IMG/VR virus record: IMGVR_UViG_3300006919_000045
Span: 8,515-72,514 of that record
Reading direction: 5' to 3' (one strand)
Length of the DNA stretch: 64,000 nucleotides
Source: a virus
A program made the translations under genes and the position numbers. Shown here one piece after another: positions 19,188-29,517 of the stretch. The first letter of the stretch is position 1. Each line of letters opens with the position of its first letter. Under the pieces are notes generated by a model, which had not been told where the DNA came from, made no database searches, and was given only the letters and a program-made list of their open reading frames with translations.

Positions 19188-21497
19188 TTATGTGAGAGTA
19201 AAATATTTTAAAATGCCGTTTAATTCGGCGTTGCTTGTGAGTCTCCAATCAAAGTTTTGTGTATAAATTTCTTTTGGGTTAACTCGATTTGTGAAAGAAC
19301 AAGACGCCATATTGAAGTCAAGTCCGTAAAATATATTGGATATTGTTTTGCCTACTTTTATTCTTAGCGGTGCTTCTTTATCAAAGTTTATTAATGTTGA
19401 CTCATCTCCTGTTGCAACATACTTTGTAATTGATCCTGCAAAAATTCTTTTGTTTAAAACAAAATTAGAAGGATACATCGCGTTTCCTTTATCTACAACT
19501 TTTATTGCTTGATTCATTGTTTCATAAGGAACCCACTTTATATCATTCTGTATTTCTGCTTGAATATCTGCTATAAGTAAACTAATATCCCTACCATTGA
19601 GAATTATTTTAACTCCCGGAATAAACGGAGTTCTTACTGTGCTAGGAATGACGTCTATTCCAGGGATTGTGTAACTCTCGTCGCCTACTCTCTGTAATAA
19701 TGCGCCTTGTCCTGAGACACCTAACTTTAAAATAGAATTTCGTCCTATCTCAAAGTTTCCATTTGTAAATATCGCTCTGTCAATTTTAAAAGTCGCATGA
19801 CTAGTTTGAAAATATAAATCACAAAATCTTGGGTTTATTAAGTTATCAAATAATATTTGAGCATCATTTTGTAATAATAAATTAGCTCTAAACTCAAAAT
19901 CTGCCGGATTTGCTTTTACAATGGAGGACGACTCAAAATGTTGAGTATTATGTAGAGTATTTGAAGAAGTTGATTTTTCTGAAAATGTTTGACTAAAATC
20001 AAAATCTCCATCTAACTTTATCTCATAGTTTGAGCCATCTTGATATAAAAATAGTTTTGTTTCCCGCATATAGTTAATGTCTGTTGCGGGTCCTTCACTA
20101 AGTGGAGGATTACTTCCTCCGCCGGTAGCGTTGAGTACAATATTTATAGGAAATCTAAGGTCAGTTGCGAAGGGTAAGGTAGGTGGCACAAAAATAGGAG
20201 TATTCAGTCCTTCTTTTGTTCCGAGACCAATTGCATGTTTTCCACTTAATCCATTTGGTACTGTGAATTTAAAAGATGCCTGCCACCGTTCTCCTCTATC
20301 TGCATTTTGTACTGTAAGTACGCGATTAGTTGAATTATGATCTATATAATTTAAATCAAGTATGTCCTCAGGATCCCTATATTCTGTCTCAATTGCAACT
20401 GAAGGAAATGTTACAGAATTATTTGTTGTTGGATTCGGGGGCGTCAGAGTAGGAAACGGAACAGTTCCAGTTGTAGGATTTAGAAATACTATAGTTGGAT
20501 CATCAGGTTGTAGTAATCCTCCTACAGTTGCTGAATTAATTGTATTATTAAGAGAAGATATAAGATAAACTTCATCTTCTCCTCCAATTAAAGTTAGACT
20601 ATCATTTACTTGTACAGTAAGTACTAACTCATCTCCTACTTCTGCATCTAAAATTGAAAAAACATTTCGTCCTCCTTGAGCAACGTATCCTAAAGCGGAA
20701 GATATTACTTGCCTTCCTTTTGTTGCATTTTTAAGTTTTGCCCATATTCGTCCAGGGAATATATCAGTAGTATTTATTAAACTCGTAGGAAAGGTAGGCT
20801 CTGTTGGGGGAACTGGATCTGTTGGGTTTGAAAGTACTGTTTCAACATTTATGGGTATTTTTACCGTCATAATTGTAGAAGCAGAAGCAGGCACGGTAAT
20901 CGGGTTTGGGTGACCTCCTGATACTTTTACATGAAGCGCATTAAAATTTTCGCTATTTATAGTAAATTTTATTCCAAACTGAAAGCGATCTGCACTATCC
21001 GCATTTTGAAGTTCTAATGCTTGGTACTCCTCTGTATCCCACCCTGACAAGGAATTATCTCCTATAGGAATATACCCCGTGTGATTTTCTATAGGATCAG
21101 TGCCAAGCATATATAAAAGGGTTAAAAATTGATTTGAAAGAGGAGAAGAAGGCTGGGGGTTTTCAGAAGCGAACTTATTTAAATATAAAATATTTGCATC
21201 ATCTATAAGTCCTCCTATTGTTGCATATACTGGCTCATCTGACTCTGCTTTTAAAAAAAGCATATCATTGCCACCCGTAGTTTCGTCTCTACCTTCAAAC
21301 GTAACTATTATCTCGTCTCCGACGGCTGCTTCAAGAACGGAATAGTTTCCTACCCATGGATTTGTAGTATCAGCTCCTGCCTGAATACCGTCTGCAATTA
21401 CCTGAGTATTTTTAGTAAGATTTCTAACCAAAACTTGATATGTCCCTCCGCTGACTCCGGATTGACTTAGAAATGTGGTTTCAAAATCTGTTGTCAT
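19188..21497 (-). CDS. Minor tail/baseplate tube protein (T5 p140-like) with duplicated N-terminal extension
   Basis: C-terminal ~300 aa (FSQTF...TLH...KANPADFEF) resembles p140; N-terminal part has two similar domains. Confidence 0.7.
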   Translation of the reverse strand: MTTDFETTFLSQSGVSGGTYQVLVRNLTKNTQVIADGIQAGADTTNPWVGNYSVLEAAVGDEIIVTFEGRDETTGGNDMLFLKAESDEPVYATIGGLIDDANILYLNKFASENPQPSSPLSNQFLTLLYMLGTDPIENHTGYIPIGDNSLSGWDTEEYQALELQNADSADRFQFGIKFTINSENFNALHVKVSGGHPNPITVPASASTIMTVKIPINVETVLSNPTDPVPPTEPTFPTSLINTTDIFPGRIWAKLKNATKGRQVISSALGYVAQGGRNVFSILDAEVGDELVLTVQVNDSLTLIGGEDEVYLISSLNNTINSATVGGLLQPDDPTIVFLNPTTGTVPFPTLTPPNPTTNNSVTFPSVAIETEYRDPEDILDLNYIDHNSTNRVLTVQNADRGERWQASFKFTVPNGLSGKHAIGLGTKEGLNTPIFVPPTLPFATDLRFPINIVLNATGGGSNPPLSEGPATDINYMRETKLFLYQDGSNYEIKLDGDFDFSQTFSEKSTSSNTLHNTQHFESSSIVKANPADFEFRANLLLQNDAQILFDNLINPRFCDLYFQTSHATFKIDRAIFTNGNFEIGRNSILKLGVSGQGALLQRVGDESYTIPGIDVIPSTVRTPFIPGVKIILNGRDISLLIADIQAEIQNDIKWVPYETMNQAIKVVDKGNAMYPSNFVLNKRIFAGSITKYVATGDESTLINFDKEAPLRIKVGKTISNIFYGLDFNMASCSFTNRVNPKEIYTQNFDWRLTSNAELNGILKYFTLT

Positions 21498-21521
21498 TTA
21501 TTTTGCTCCTTGGTACAGCCT

Positions 21522-21550
21522 ATGATACTTCAGTTGAACTATTTTGTCAA
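21522..21550 (-). promoter_or_regulatory. sigma70 promoter
   Basis: TTGACA-17-TATCAT on the minus strand. Confidence 0.65.
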
Positions 21551-21576
21551 GAAATTTTTTTCTGTCGGTGATAAAG

Positions 21577-21599
21577 AAAAACCCGCCGAAGCGGGTTTG
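21577..21599 (-). terminator. Intrinsic terminator after tail tube gene
   Basis: AAACCCGC-TTCG-GCGGGTTT followed by T run on the minus strand. Confidence 0.8.
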
Positions 21600-21615
21600 T
21601 CGTCTAAAATAATTA

Positions 21616-23499
21616 TTAGAGTGCAATACCAAAGTACTCAAGTTGTACCTCATTAGCAACGTTAAAGTCATCTGTGTAAGAAGCAAACGTAGTTTCAAGA
21701 GAAATTACATCTTCAATTGAGTGCGTAGGAACGTTGATGTGTACTTTCGGGAACTTAACATTTAGACGGGGAGTATTTGCTACCGTACCGCCTACTGAGA
21801 ATATTGTCTCGAAGTTGTTTACAACTTTTTCGAGACCTTTACCTGCTCCACTTGTAGTCATATCATTAAAGAGTTCTACAGAACTACCGTTATTTCCAGT
21901 TGAATCATCCAGAGTCAAGTAACAAGTAAAGCTTCCAGAAGCTGATCGAGTTCCTGTTACGTGCTCAATTGGAACGTTTACAGCACCAAGTTCTTCTGGT
22001 ACCAAGTATGAAATATTATTTGTAATTGTAATATTTCCTCCAGTAAGAGTAAGCTGATACTTACCATTTCCACCGACACCTGGGAATGCTCCACGATCTG
22101 CGGCAGCTGCAGTAATGTCAAGCTGAGTCAATCGATTTCGAATGAAGGTCTTAGTAGAGCCTACACCATCATCGATTGCAAAAGCTGCGGCGGAAGCTCC
22201 AGTACATACTCCGAGCTTCAAGCCGTCATTGCTATCAAGTATTACGTCGCCTGCCGTTTTACCGCTAACCACTTTGCCTGACTGCACTGTAACTGTGCTA
22301 CCTGCAATACTTGAGCTTTGCATGTCAGCAATTTCAGCTGCAAAACCAGACCAGTTAATTGTAGCGATACCATCTACTTCAAAGTCAATCGATGCTTCGT
22401 TAAAAGCTGCTCCTAAGAGTTTATATACCATTGGATTTGCTGAGCTTGTTTCCATTACAAAGTAAAGATCACAAGTTCCAAGAGTTGATCGGTTTGATTG
22501 ACCAAAGTTAATGCTTGCTTTACCTGAAGCTCCAGTACCGACGGGGCCTGCTACTGTAGGGCCAAAGGGAGAAGCAGGATCAGGCTGTGAATCACGGTAG
22601 AAAGTTGCGCCTTGATCTGTAAGACCTGTTACTGTAACTTGAAAAGCAGTACCACTTCCACCTAAAACGGTATTTTGAACTGTAATTGTATCCGACGCTG
22701 CAAAGCCTGTACCTGCAGATCGAATAGTAGTTACTGTAACAGTTCCATTTGCGGCCGCTGTAAGTTCTAGTTCATATCCTACACCATTACCGCTGGTTGT
22801 AGAATTTGCACTAGTAATTGAATAAGTTTTGCTAGCTGTACGACTTGTATTATTTGCTACATTGGTTGTTGCGATTCCACCAGTTAGCGTGGTTATAGAT
22901 GAAACAGTTAGTACTCCTGCGGTTGATCCACCAATAAGACTGGTTGGAAGAGTAATTGTATTAGTTGCGGCGAAGCCTTCGCCTGCATCAATAACTGTTA
23001 CTGCAGTGATTGCATTACTAGATACAGTTACTTCAATTTCCCAACCTACAGCACCCGCGCCGTGAGTGCCTCCAATACCTGTGGTATTATCATTTACAAT
23101 ATACGTGCCATTAGTCGCATCACTACTTGCAGTAGTAATAGCAATTTGTCCTTGTATAAGACCGCCAGCACCACTTACGCTATCTTTATACTTATCAGCA
23201 CCCGCCATAACTGCCCAAAGGACTTCTTCTACAGCTCGATGCTCTTCCCCGTCTGTTGTCGTTTGAAAAGGACGCACATAAGTACTAAACGACCATTCTG
23301 CCGGAGCAAGAGAGTCGGTAAATACACGTTGTCCTCTTCGACTCAAACCATCAGTTCCTTGCATCTCTGAAAGACCAATTTCACTCTGGTTTGTAGACTG
23401 AGAGAAACTAAAGCCGTCGAGAATCGGAACTTCCCAGACTTTGTTATCAAAGCCTACGTATAGTTTCGAATCTCTACTAAAATATAATTGTTCTGCCAT
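21616..23499 (-). CDS. Major tail tube protein (T5 pb6-like) with internal inserted domains
   Basis: WEVPILDGFSFSQ and LAPAEWSFSTYVRP motifs as in T5-like tail tube proteins. Confidence 0.85.
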   Translation of the reverse strand: MAEQLYFSRDSKLYVGFDNKVWEVPILDGFSFSQSTNQSEIGLSEMQGTDGLSRRGQRVFTDSLAPAEWSFSTYVRPFQTTTDGEEHRAVEEVLWAVMAGADKYKDSVSGAGGLIQGQIAITTASSDATNGTYIVNDNTTGIGGTHGAGAVGWEIEVTVSSNAITAVTVIDAGEGFAATNTITLPTSLIGGSTAGVLTVSSITTLTGGIATTNVANNTSRTASKTYSITSANSTTSGNGVGYELELTAAANGTVTVTTIRSAGTGFAASDTITVQNTVLGGSGTAFQVTVTGLTDQGATFYRDSQPDPASPFGPTVAGPVGTGASGKASINFGQSNRSTLGTCDLYFVMETSSANPMVYKLLGAAFNEASIDFEVDGIATINWSGFAAEIADMQSSSIAGSTVTVQSGKVVSGKTAGDVILDSNDGLKLGVCTGASAAAFAIDDGVGSTKTFIRNRLTQLDITAAAADRGAFPGVGGNGKYQLTLTGGNITITNNISYLVPEELGAVNVPIEHVTGTRSASGSFTCYLTLDDSTGNNGSSVELFNDMTTSGAGKGLEKVVNNFETIFSVGGTVANTPRLNVKFPKVHINVPTHSIEDVISLETTFASYTDDFNVANEVQLEYFGIAL

Positions 23500-23559
23500 A
23501 AATTATCTCCTAGAGATTGAAAGGGCTAGGACGTGAACCTTTGTTCGTGCCTGCCGTTT

Positions 23560-24009
23560 CTAGTAATGAACCTGTACCAGCATTTCAGCAACGCCGAATG
23601 GTTCAAGAACACCTTCGTCAGTTTCAATACTGACTATTAAAATATCTAAGGTTTTTTGACTGTTTCCTTGCCTATCTGTATAGGCTAACTGCCCGTTTTC
23701 TTCGATAACAGTTTCTACATCTTCCAGTAATCTGTCAAGAGCTGCTGTAGCATCGGTTTCTTTTACATAGCAGCGAAGAGTGATATTTAAGAATCTATCT
23801 TTGTAACCACCTCCTTGATACTCTCTTGTTTCAGACCCGGCATTCAAATGAATTGCAGGAAATGCATCGACTTCATCCCAGAACTTCAAGCGAGGATGTA
23901 CATTATCAAATACATCAGTCAAAAAGTTCCCAGTTTGATTTATTTTCTTTAATTCAACAACTAGGGCTTCTACGATAGCGGACCTACGTGTCGTATATAG
24001 TCTTGCCAC
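23560..24009 (-). CDS. Tail terminator protein (T5 p142-like)
   Basis: LKFWDEVDAFP and SIETDEGVLEPFG motifs; synteny. Confidence 0.8.
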   Translation of the reverse strand: MARLYTTRRSAIVEALVVELKKINQTGNFLTDVFDNVHPRLKFWDEVDAFPAIHLNAGSETREYQGGGYKDRFLNITLRCYVKETDATAALDRLLEDVETVIEENGQLAYTDRQGNSQKTLDILIVSIETDEGVLEPFGVAEMLVQVHY

Positions 24010-24011
24010 AG

Positions 24012-25373
24012 TTATACTCTCCTAGTAAAGAATCTTCCTATTGCGTACTCGGCTGCGATTTCTCGTATAGACAGATCGATTAATTTTCGAGGGTCTCGAT
24101 CTGTACTGCCTTGACGATTGCCTACTTCGAATGTTTCGTATGGCCCTCTCATATAAGTATAGCCAATACTTGGAAACCCTTTACCCGTTGTTGCTATATC
24201 TGTAATTCTTGTTGATCTTGCAAATCGTCCTGTTCTAAATGCTAATCGAGGAGGCCCCATATTCTTTGCAACTACTTGAGGTAATTTACTATTTAGAGCT
24301 CCTATTAGCATTTCGAAAGGTTGAGACCCAACACCTTTTTTTGCAAATCTTGGAGCAGCTCCACTAGCTCTTTTATTTTTAAGACTTGGATTTTTAGTAG
24401 AAAAAGTATTGCTTCCTTTCTTTTTTCCTTTAGTATGAGTGCGAGACTCTTGAGGCTTTACATTTTCACGCTTTACTTTTGCTTTGGTTTTTTTAACAAA
24501 AGGATCAGTTGCTGCTTTTACTACTTTTTTTCGATGTTTTGTTTTAAAACTATCAGAGCCACCTAGTTCTACTAATACTGCACTTGGATCTGCTCTAAGT
24601 TTTTCTAATCCTTCGCGTACAAGATTTCTTAATTCTTTTTTTGCATCTTGAGCTTTTCTTCCCTCTTGAGCATTTAGTATTGAGGAACCAACTCCTACTG
24701 ACATGGTATCATTTTTAGAGTCTCGAATAACTTCTAAAACTCCTGCATCTTCTGTTTGTGTTTCTACCCACCGTTTAAAACTTGCATGATCTATTTCAGT
24801 TTGTTCTTGTCGAGCGTTATCTATTATATCATATATGTAGTTTTCTATAACACCTTGGAATAAGGCATGAGATAAATTTACTATTTGTTTACCTTTTATT
24901 TCTTGTTTTTTGCCTCCAAGTACAATGGTGAGTTCTTCTGCAACTTCTGCCGCTAACTCTCCTATCTCTGTTTGGTATAAGCGATAGATTTTTCTATATA
25001 CATCATTATCTTCAAAGTTGAAACCTACACTAAAAGATGTTACTTTATCCCAGTCTGGTTCTTTTACTACAGTTTCTGCGGGCAAAGCATTAATTTTATT
25101 TCTAATTTTTGTTACAAAACTTTGAACTTTTGTAGCAATTTCTTTATCAGTTATAAAACCTATCGGAGTTGTTGAAGGGTCGGCATTTTTTAAGTCGTCA
25201 ATATAATTTTTTACTAAAAAATCAGTTATTCCTTTAATAATCTTATCTACACTCATGCTAAAGTTATGAAACTTTCTATTTGCAACTTGCCTTCTGTATA
25301 GTTTATTGCCCTTTTTCTTGGACATTTCAGCATCTAGCTTTGATAAAAAAACTATCTGATCAGCACGAGACAT
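24012..25373 (-). CDS. Tail completion/neck protein (T5 p143-like)
   Basis: C-terminal LAFRTGRFARS...YTYMRGPYETFE...RDPRKLI motif; synteny. Confidence 0.7.
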   Translation of the reverse strand: MSRADQIVFLSKLDAEMSKKKGNKLYRRQVANRKFHNFSMSVDKIIKGITDFLVKNYIDDLKNADPSTTPIGFITDKEIATKVQSFVTKIRNKINALPAETVVKEPDWDKVTSFSVGFNFEDNDVYRKIYRLYQTEIGELAAEVAEELTIVLGGKKQEIKGKQIVNLSHALFQGVIENYIYDIIDNARQEQTEIDHASFKRWVETQTEDAGVLEVIRDSKNDTMSVGVGSSILNAQEGRKAQDAKKELRNLVREGLEKLRADPSAVLVELGGSDSFKTKHRKKVVKAATDPFVKKTKAKVKRENVKPQESRTHTKGKKKGSNTFSTKNPSLKNKRASGAAPRFAKKGVGSQPFEMLIGALNSKLPQVVAKNMGPPRLAFRTGRFARSTRITDIATTGKGFPSIGYTYMRGPYETFEVGNRQGSTDRDPRKLIDLSIREIAAEYAIGRFFTRRV

Positions 25374-25945
25374 TAAAAGTTTTTGTACATATCTAAAACT
25401 CGTTTGATGTGATCGGGGAAACCTTTTGTTTCACCGCTAGGTGCATTTTCCATGCTTGCACCTTGCAAAGTTCGTCGAGTTTTATGCTCATCTTTGAAAT
25501 AGTAGTTGACTAAATCAATTACTGCTATTTGAAGATCATGAGGAGTGGCTGCATATCCGGCTGTGTAAATTACTTTTACGGAACCTGCGCCTTGAGGCCA
25601 ATTTTGATAAGAGGATCCGGCAACGTACAGTACACTATCCGTGTTTTTGTCTAGATAATAATCTGTAGTTGGTACAGTAGTGTAACTGGACGCTGCCGTA
25701 TCCCTTTTTTCAACTGAAACGATCGCATTAACTGGGCTCTCTGTTAGCTGAATTACATGAGTACCCCAATTAATAGTAAATTCTTCTGTAAAATTTGTAG
25801 AATAGTAGTCAATAATACTATTTCCACAGTAAGTTTTTACCATTTGGCTCACAGAATCAATTATGCGAGAAAGCTTATAGTCATCCCTTGGATTCGTAAT
25901 CTGCTCCGCATCTTTAAATTGCTGTAAAGTAATCAATAATGCCAT
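25373..25945 (-). CDS. Head-tail adaptor/head completion protein
   Basis: VKVIYTAGY...PHDLQIAV and FPDHIKRVLDMY motifs; follows capsid gene. Confidence 0.8.
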   Translation of the reverse strand: MALLITLQQFKDAEQITNPRDDYKLSRIIDSVSQMVKTYCGNSIIDYYSTNFTEEFTINWGTHVIQLTESPVNAIVSVEKRDTAASSYTTVPTTDYYLDKNTDSVLYVAGSSYQNWPQGAGSVKVIYTAGYAATPHDLQIAVIDLVNYYFKDEHKTRRTLQGASMENAPSGETKGFPDHIKRVLDMYKNF

Positions 25946-25957
25946 AAGTCAAATGAT

Positions 25958-25988
25958 AAAAACTTGGGGAGGCGAACCTCCCCAGTTT
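25958..25988 (-). terminator. Intrinsic terminator after capsid gene
   Basis: TGGGGAGG-TTCG-CCTCCCCA hairpin then AGTTTT. Confidence 0.7.
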
Positions 25989-26000
25989 GCAAGGCTAATA

Positions 26001-28010
26001 TTAAGCCTGGAATACTACTTTAACACAAGGCTGATCAGTACCAGAGGCAGCGAACATCTCGTGGAAACCAAGTGACTGAGTAGCAACGATCAGCTGACGC
26101 TGTCGAGCAATCTCATAGTCCTGCTCTACGGTTACACCGCGGAGGCGAGGAATCACATAGTTAGCAACATTCACAGCATATGCAACACTGTTACCAGCAG
26201 ATTCTGCTTCTACATGGTCTGTAAGAACTACGGGCGAGCCGTATACAGCACCAATGCTACCAGTGATCTTGGTTGCAATATTTGAACCAACATCAGTGAT
26301 GTCTGCAAAACCTGGATCTGCAATCAGATCGTAGTAACGGTTCATGCCTACGACGTAGACTACGTCTGCAGGGTCGAGACCATACTTACCCATTGAGCGA
26401 CGAGCGCCAAGAAGCAGACCTGAAGACAGGGTAGCTGAGTCAATGTCGTTACCTGTGGCACCGAGAGTAGCGCCGTCAAGGTCAAGCTCACCATAGTTAG
26501 AAGCTTGAGCTGCACCTTCCAAGCCAGTAATGGCAGGAGAAGATTCTCCAAGTACGACCATCTTATCTACTGCTTTTGCGTGAGCACGTGCAACACCTTC
26601 GGTCAACATAGGAAGAAGATTTACGAGAACTTCTTCGTCAATGTGGTTGTCCATGAAAGTGGTTGAAATTAATCGATGTGCTTGCATTACTGCTTGTGTA
26701 ACAGCATATGTACCTGCAGTACCACCGGCAGCAGAAAGACCTGTACCAGCACCTGAGTTAGCAGTACCACCTACACCCAGCTCACTCTCACCGCCCGTGT
26801 GGAAAACAGCAGTGCTAGTATCTTTTTGCAGGGGTAGAACCATAGATTGAGAGTTCATTTGAATCTCGCGGAAAAGTTGAGCTACTTTATACTGGAACTG
26901 TACTTCTTTCTCGATCTGCGTTGAAACAGTCAAGGAAAGCAAGTTATCCGTAGCGCCTGTAATAGCACCCGTGGGGTAGCTAATACCTGCTTTTTGGAAT
27001 ACATTTCGAGCATAGTTAGTATCAAAACCTTTTTGCGTATAAACACCCAGCATGTGAGCATACATGAGGTCTTTTGCATAAGCGTCAACATTTCCTGAAT
27101 CACGATCAGAGAATACACGCTTAGACTCACGCATTGCATCAAGCTCTTCTTGCTTCTCTTTAAGGACTTCGGCGTGCTCTGCTACAATCTTATTCAGATC
27201 AGCATCCTTCTCTTGCATCTTGGCTTCCATATCAGACATGAGGCGATCAGCACCGGATTCAACACCGACTTTGATTGCTGCCTGTACTTCTTCTTCCTGC
27301 TGAGCTTTAGCTTCAGCGGCTTTAGCCATTTTTTGTTGTTCTTGAGCTACAGCTTGCTCAGCTGCGGCTTTTTCTTCGGCCTGACGAATTGCAATCTTAG
27401 CAGCAGTCTCTTCCGCTACCTTCTTAGCAAAAGCATCTAGGTCGATTTCGGGAGTTTTAGTTTCTTCCGACATTTCTTTCTCCATTGAAGAGGAATCTTC
27501 CTCGCTTTTAAAAGTTTTCTTGAAGTCCTCATAATCCTGCTCAGAATCGAAAGACTTCGCCAGAGAGAATGTAGCTGCTTGATTACAAGGTACCGATACC
27601 ACTGATACCTCAAACAACTCAGCATCCTTTATTTTTAATCCGTCGGTTTCTTCAAGGTAATCAGCATCCTTGACTTTGAAACCGACAGAAAACGCTCCAA
27701 GGATACCTTCTTTAACAAGTTGAGCAACAGAATCAGGAGCTGATTTTGAAATTTTTGCTTTCATTTCTAGTCCATTTTCTGTAACTTTTAACCCAGTGGC
27801 TCGGCCAATGGGTTTGTTATAATCATGATTGAACAAAATAATTGGATTTTTCTCAAAATTACTTAGTCCGCCTTTTGTCCAGGCTTCGGGTACAATTGTA
27901 TCTCCTGCCCGATCAAAGTCTTTTGTACTAGCCATTCCAGTAATGGTGACGCATCCGTCATCATCCTCGAGAGCTTTGAACGTAGAAGTTAGGTTAAAAA
28001 TCTTATTCAT
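26001..28010 (-). CDS. Fused HK97-type prohead protease + scaffold domain + major capsid protein
   Basis: Protease motifs (LFNHDYNKPIG, AFSVGF, EVSVVSVPCN), then coiled coil, then HK97-fold capsid; internal RBS and ATG at 27473. Confidence 0.9.
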   Translation of the reverse strand: MNKIFNLTSTFKALEDDDGCVTITGMASTKDFDRAGDTIVPEAWTKGGLSNFEKNPIILFNHDYNKPIGRATGLKVTENGLEMKAKISKSAPDSVAQLVKEGILGAFSVGFKVKDADYLEETDGLKIKDAELFEVSVVSVPCNQAATFSLAKSFDSEQDYEDFKKTFKSEEDSSSMEKEMSEETKTPEIDLDAFAKKVAEETAAKIAIRQAEEKAAAEQAVAQEQQKMAKAAEAKAQQEEEVQAAIKVGVESGADRLMSDMEAKMQEKDADLNKIVAEHAEVLKEKQEELDAMRESKRVFSDRDSGNVDAYAKDLMYAHMLGVYTQKGFDTNYARNVFQKAGISYPTGAITGATDNLLSLTVSTQIEKEVQFQYKVAQLFREIQMNSQSMVLPLQKDTSTAVFHTGGESELGVGGTANSGAGTGLSAAGGTAGTYAVTQAVMQAHRLISTTFMDNHIDEEVLVNLLPMLTEGVARAHAKAVDKMVVLGESSPAITGLEGAAQASNYGELDLDGATLGATGNDIDSATLSSGLLLGARRSMGKYGLDPADVVYVVGMNRYYDLIADPGFADITDVGSNIATKITGSIGAVYGSPVVLTDHVEAESAGNSVAYAVNVANYVIPRLRGVTVEQDYEIARQRQLIVATQSLGFHEMFAASGTDQPCVKVVFQA

Positions 28011-28315
28011 TTATCTTTACTCTTTACTTCTGCTTTAGGTGCAGCTTGGCTCAGTTTCTCTAAAGGATCTGCTTTGGGAGCAGCTTTAGGTGCCGGAGCC
28101 GGCTTCTTCTTGAAAATTTCTGGAGCAGCCTGTACAACAGAGAGTACTGCTGTTTTCCAATTGTAGTAAGATTTTTGAATCTCTATTGGAAGAACAGGCC
28201 TGTCAACAATACCACAGTAACTTTTGTAGTCAATGTCACGTGGTAGTTCCCAATCTCTAAATTGGGGGACTAATTTAGCAGTAACTTGACGTCGCATTCT
28301 ATTTCTGGATGCCAT
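28007..28315 (-). CDS. Hypothetical protein between portal and protease
   Basis: Overlaps both neighbours; Pro/Ala/Lys-rich tail. Confidence 0.6.
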   Translation of the reverse strand: MASRNRMRRQVTAKLVPQFRDWELPRDIDYKSYCGIVDRPVLPIEIQKSYYNWKTAVLSVVQAAPEIFKKKPAPAPKAAPKADPLEKLSQAAPKAEVKSKDK

Positions 28316-29517
28316 TAATCTTCCTCTTGCTCTACTGGTCGACCGCCTTGTGCGGGGTCAACCGCGCTGCCTGCAATATTAGCAGGGATTCTAATTTCAT
28401 CTGCATCGGGCAGCTCATCAAAATTCATAGCTGTACGTGCTTCATTTGGCGTAATGATTCCTGCATTTACGAGAGAAGTATAAAAAGTTGCTTGATCTCG
28501 TAGCTCAGGCTGCAGTGCAGGAATGTTTGTAATATCTTCGTTAATTACAAATCCAAAGAATCTGGAGTATGCTGCATTTACTTTTCTTACAATCGGTAAA
28601 ATAGTTTCTAAATAGTACATTCGCATATTTGGTCGAATGTTTGCATTGTTTCCAGAATCTAACATTATTGGGGGAACTCCAAGAGCTTTCAAAATAATTT
28701 TTTCGTTTTCTTCAATTGCTGCTTGAAAGTCAAGTTCCTTGAAATTTATATTTGAAATTTCGTCTACTTCTAGTCCACCATCTAGAATAAGTGGTCTCCT
28801 ACCTCCTGCGTCCGGTCTATATCGTAAAGACCAAGACTGAATCATTCTTTCTTTAATCTTTTCTGAGAGGGTATTCGGAGACTTTAGTACAAGTCCGGGA
28901 ACTGCTCCATTCTTAAAGAAGTTATCTTGAAAATCTCTCATGCTTCTCATGAGATTCATTGTTCGAAGTGCCGGCTTTAGTCTAGACACTCCTCTATAAA
29001 TGGAGTAAAATGAATTGTCTTTTATGTGAATAATCTCATTAGGAGAAAAACGCTCTTCTGAAGCTTCGAATTTATAGTGATCCACATAAGTTGTTTTGCT
29101 TGCATGAATTGACATTTTACTTGCAGGCATATGGTACACATGGGCACCATCAAAATATATAAAAATGTTTCCGTCTAGGATGTAGTCTGTGAATAAGTTT
29201 CGTCTAAAAGAAGAAATATCCTGAAAAGGATTTGGCTCTCTATTAAGTAAAATTGAAACTTTGCTAGCTTTAGTGCCTTTTACGATTCCAGGATAGCTAC
29301 CTAGAGGTTGAACGATTGTGTCTATCTCTGCACAATCATCCACAATTAAATTTACGCCTCTGTTTACAATTTCGAGCTCTTCGTAGGCTCTCTCATAATT
29401 AAAAGTAAACTCGCGTGAGCGTTCGGAAGTTTTATCATAGTATGGCTGAATCGGATTTAGTTTTTCTTCTAAATCTTCATCTTTCTTTTCGCCAAAAATG
29501 TTATTATACCATGCCAT
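28315..29517 (-). CDS. Portal protein (HK97 family)
   Basis: PNPFQ, GNIFIY, EIIHIK, FFKNGAVPG, GVPP, GIITPNEAR motifs. Confidence 0.95.
   Translation of the reverse strand: MAWYNNIFGEKKDEDLEEKLNPIQPYYDKTSERSREFTFNYERAYEELEIVNRGVNLIVDDCAEIDTIVQPLGSYPGIVKGTKASKVSILLNREPNPFQDISSFRRNLFTDYILDGNIFIYFDGAHVYHMPASKMSIHASKTTYVDHYKFEASEERFSPNEIIHIKDNSFYSIYRGVSRLKPALRTMNLMRSMRDFQDNFFKNGAVPGLVLKSPNTLSEKIKERMIQSWSLRYRPDAGGRRPLILDGGLEVDEISNINFKELDFQAAIEENEKIILKALGVPPIMLDSGNNANIRPNMRMYYLETILPIVRKVNAAYSRFFGFVINEDITNIPALQPELRDQATFYTSLVNAGIITPNEARTAMNFDELPDADEIRIPANIAGSAVDPAQGGRPVEQEED

Noticed and set aside
23517-23560. Hairpin upstream of tail tube gene
   Set aside because: Single imperfect stem, likely an mRNA stability or processing element; too little evidence
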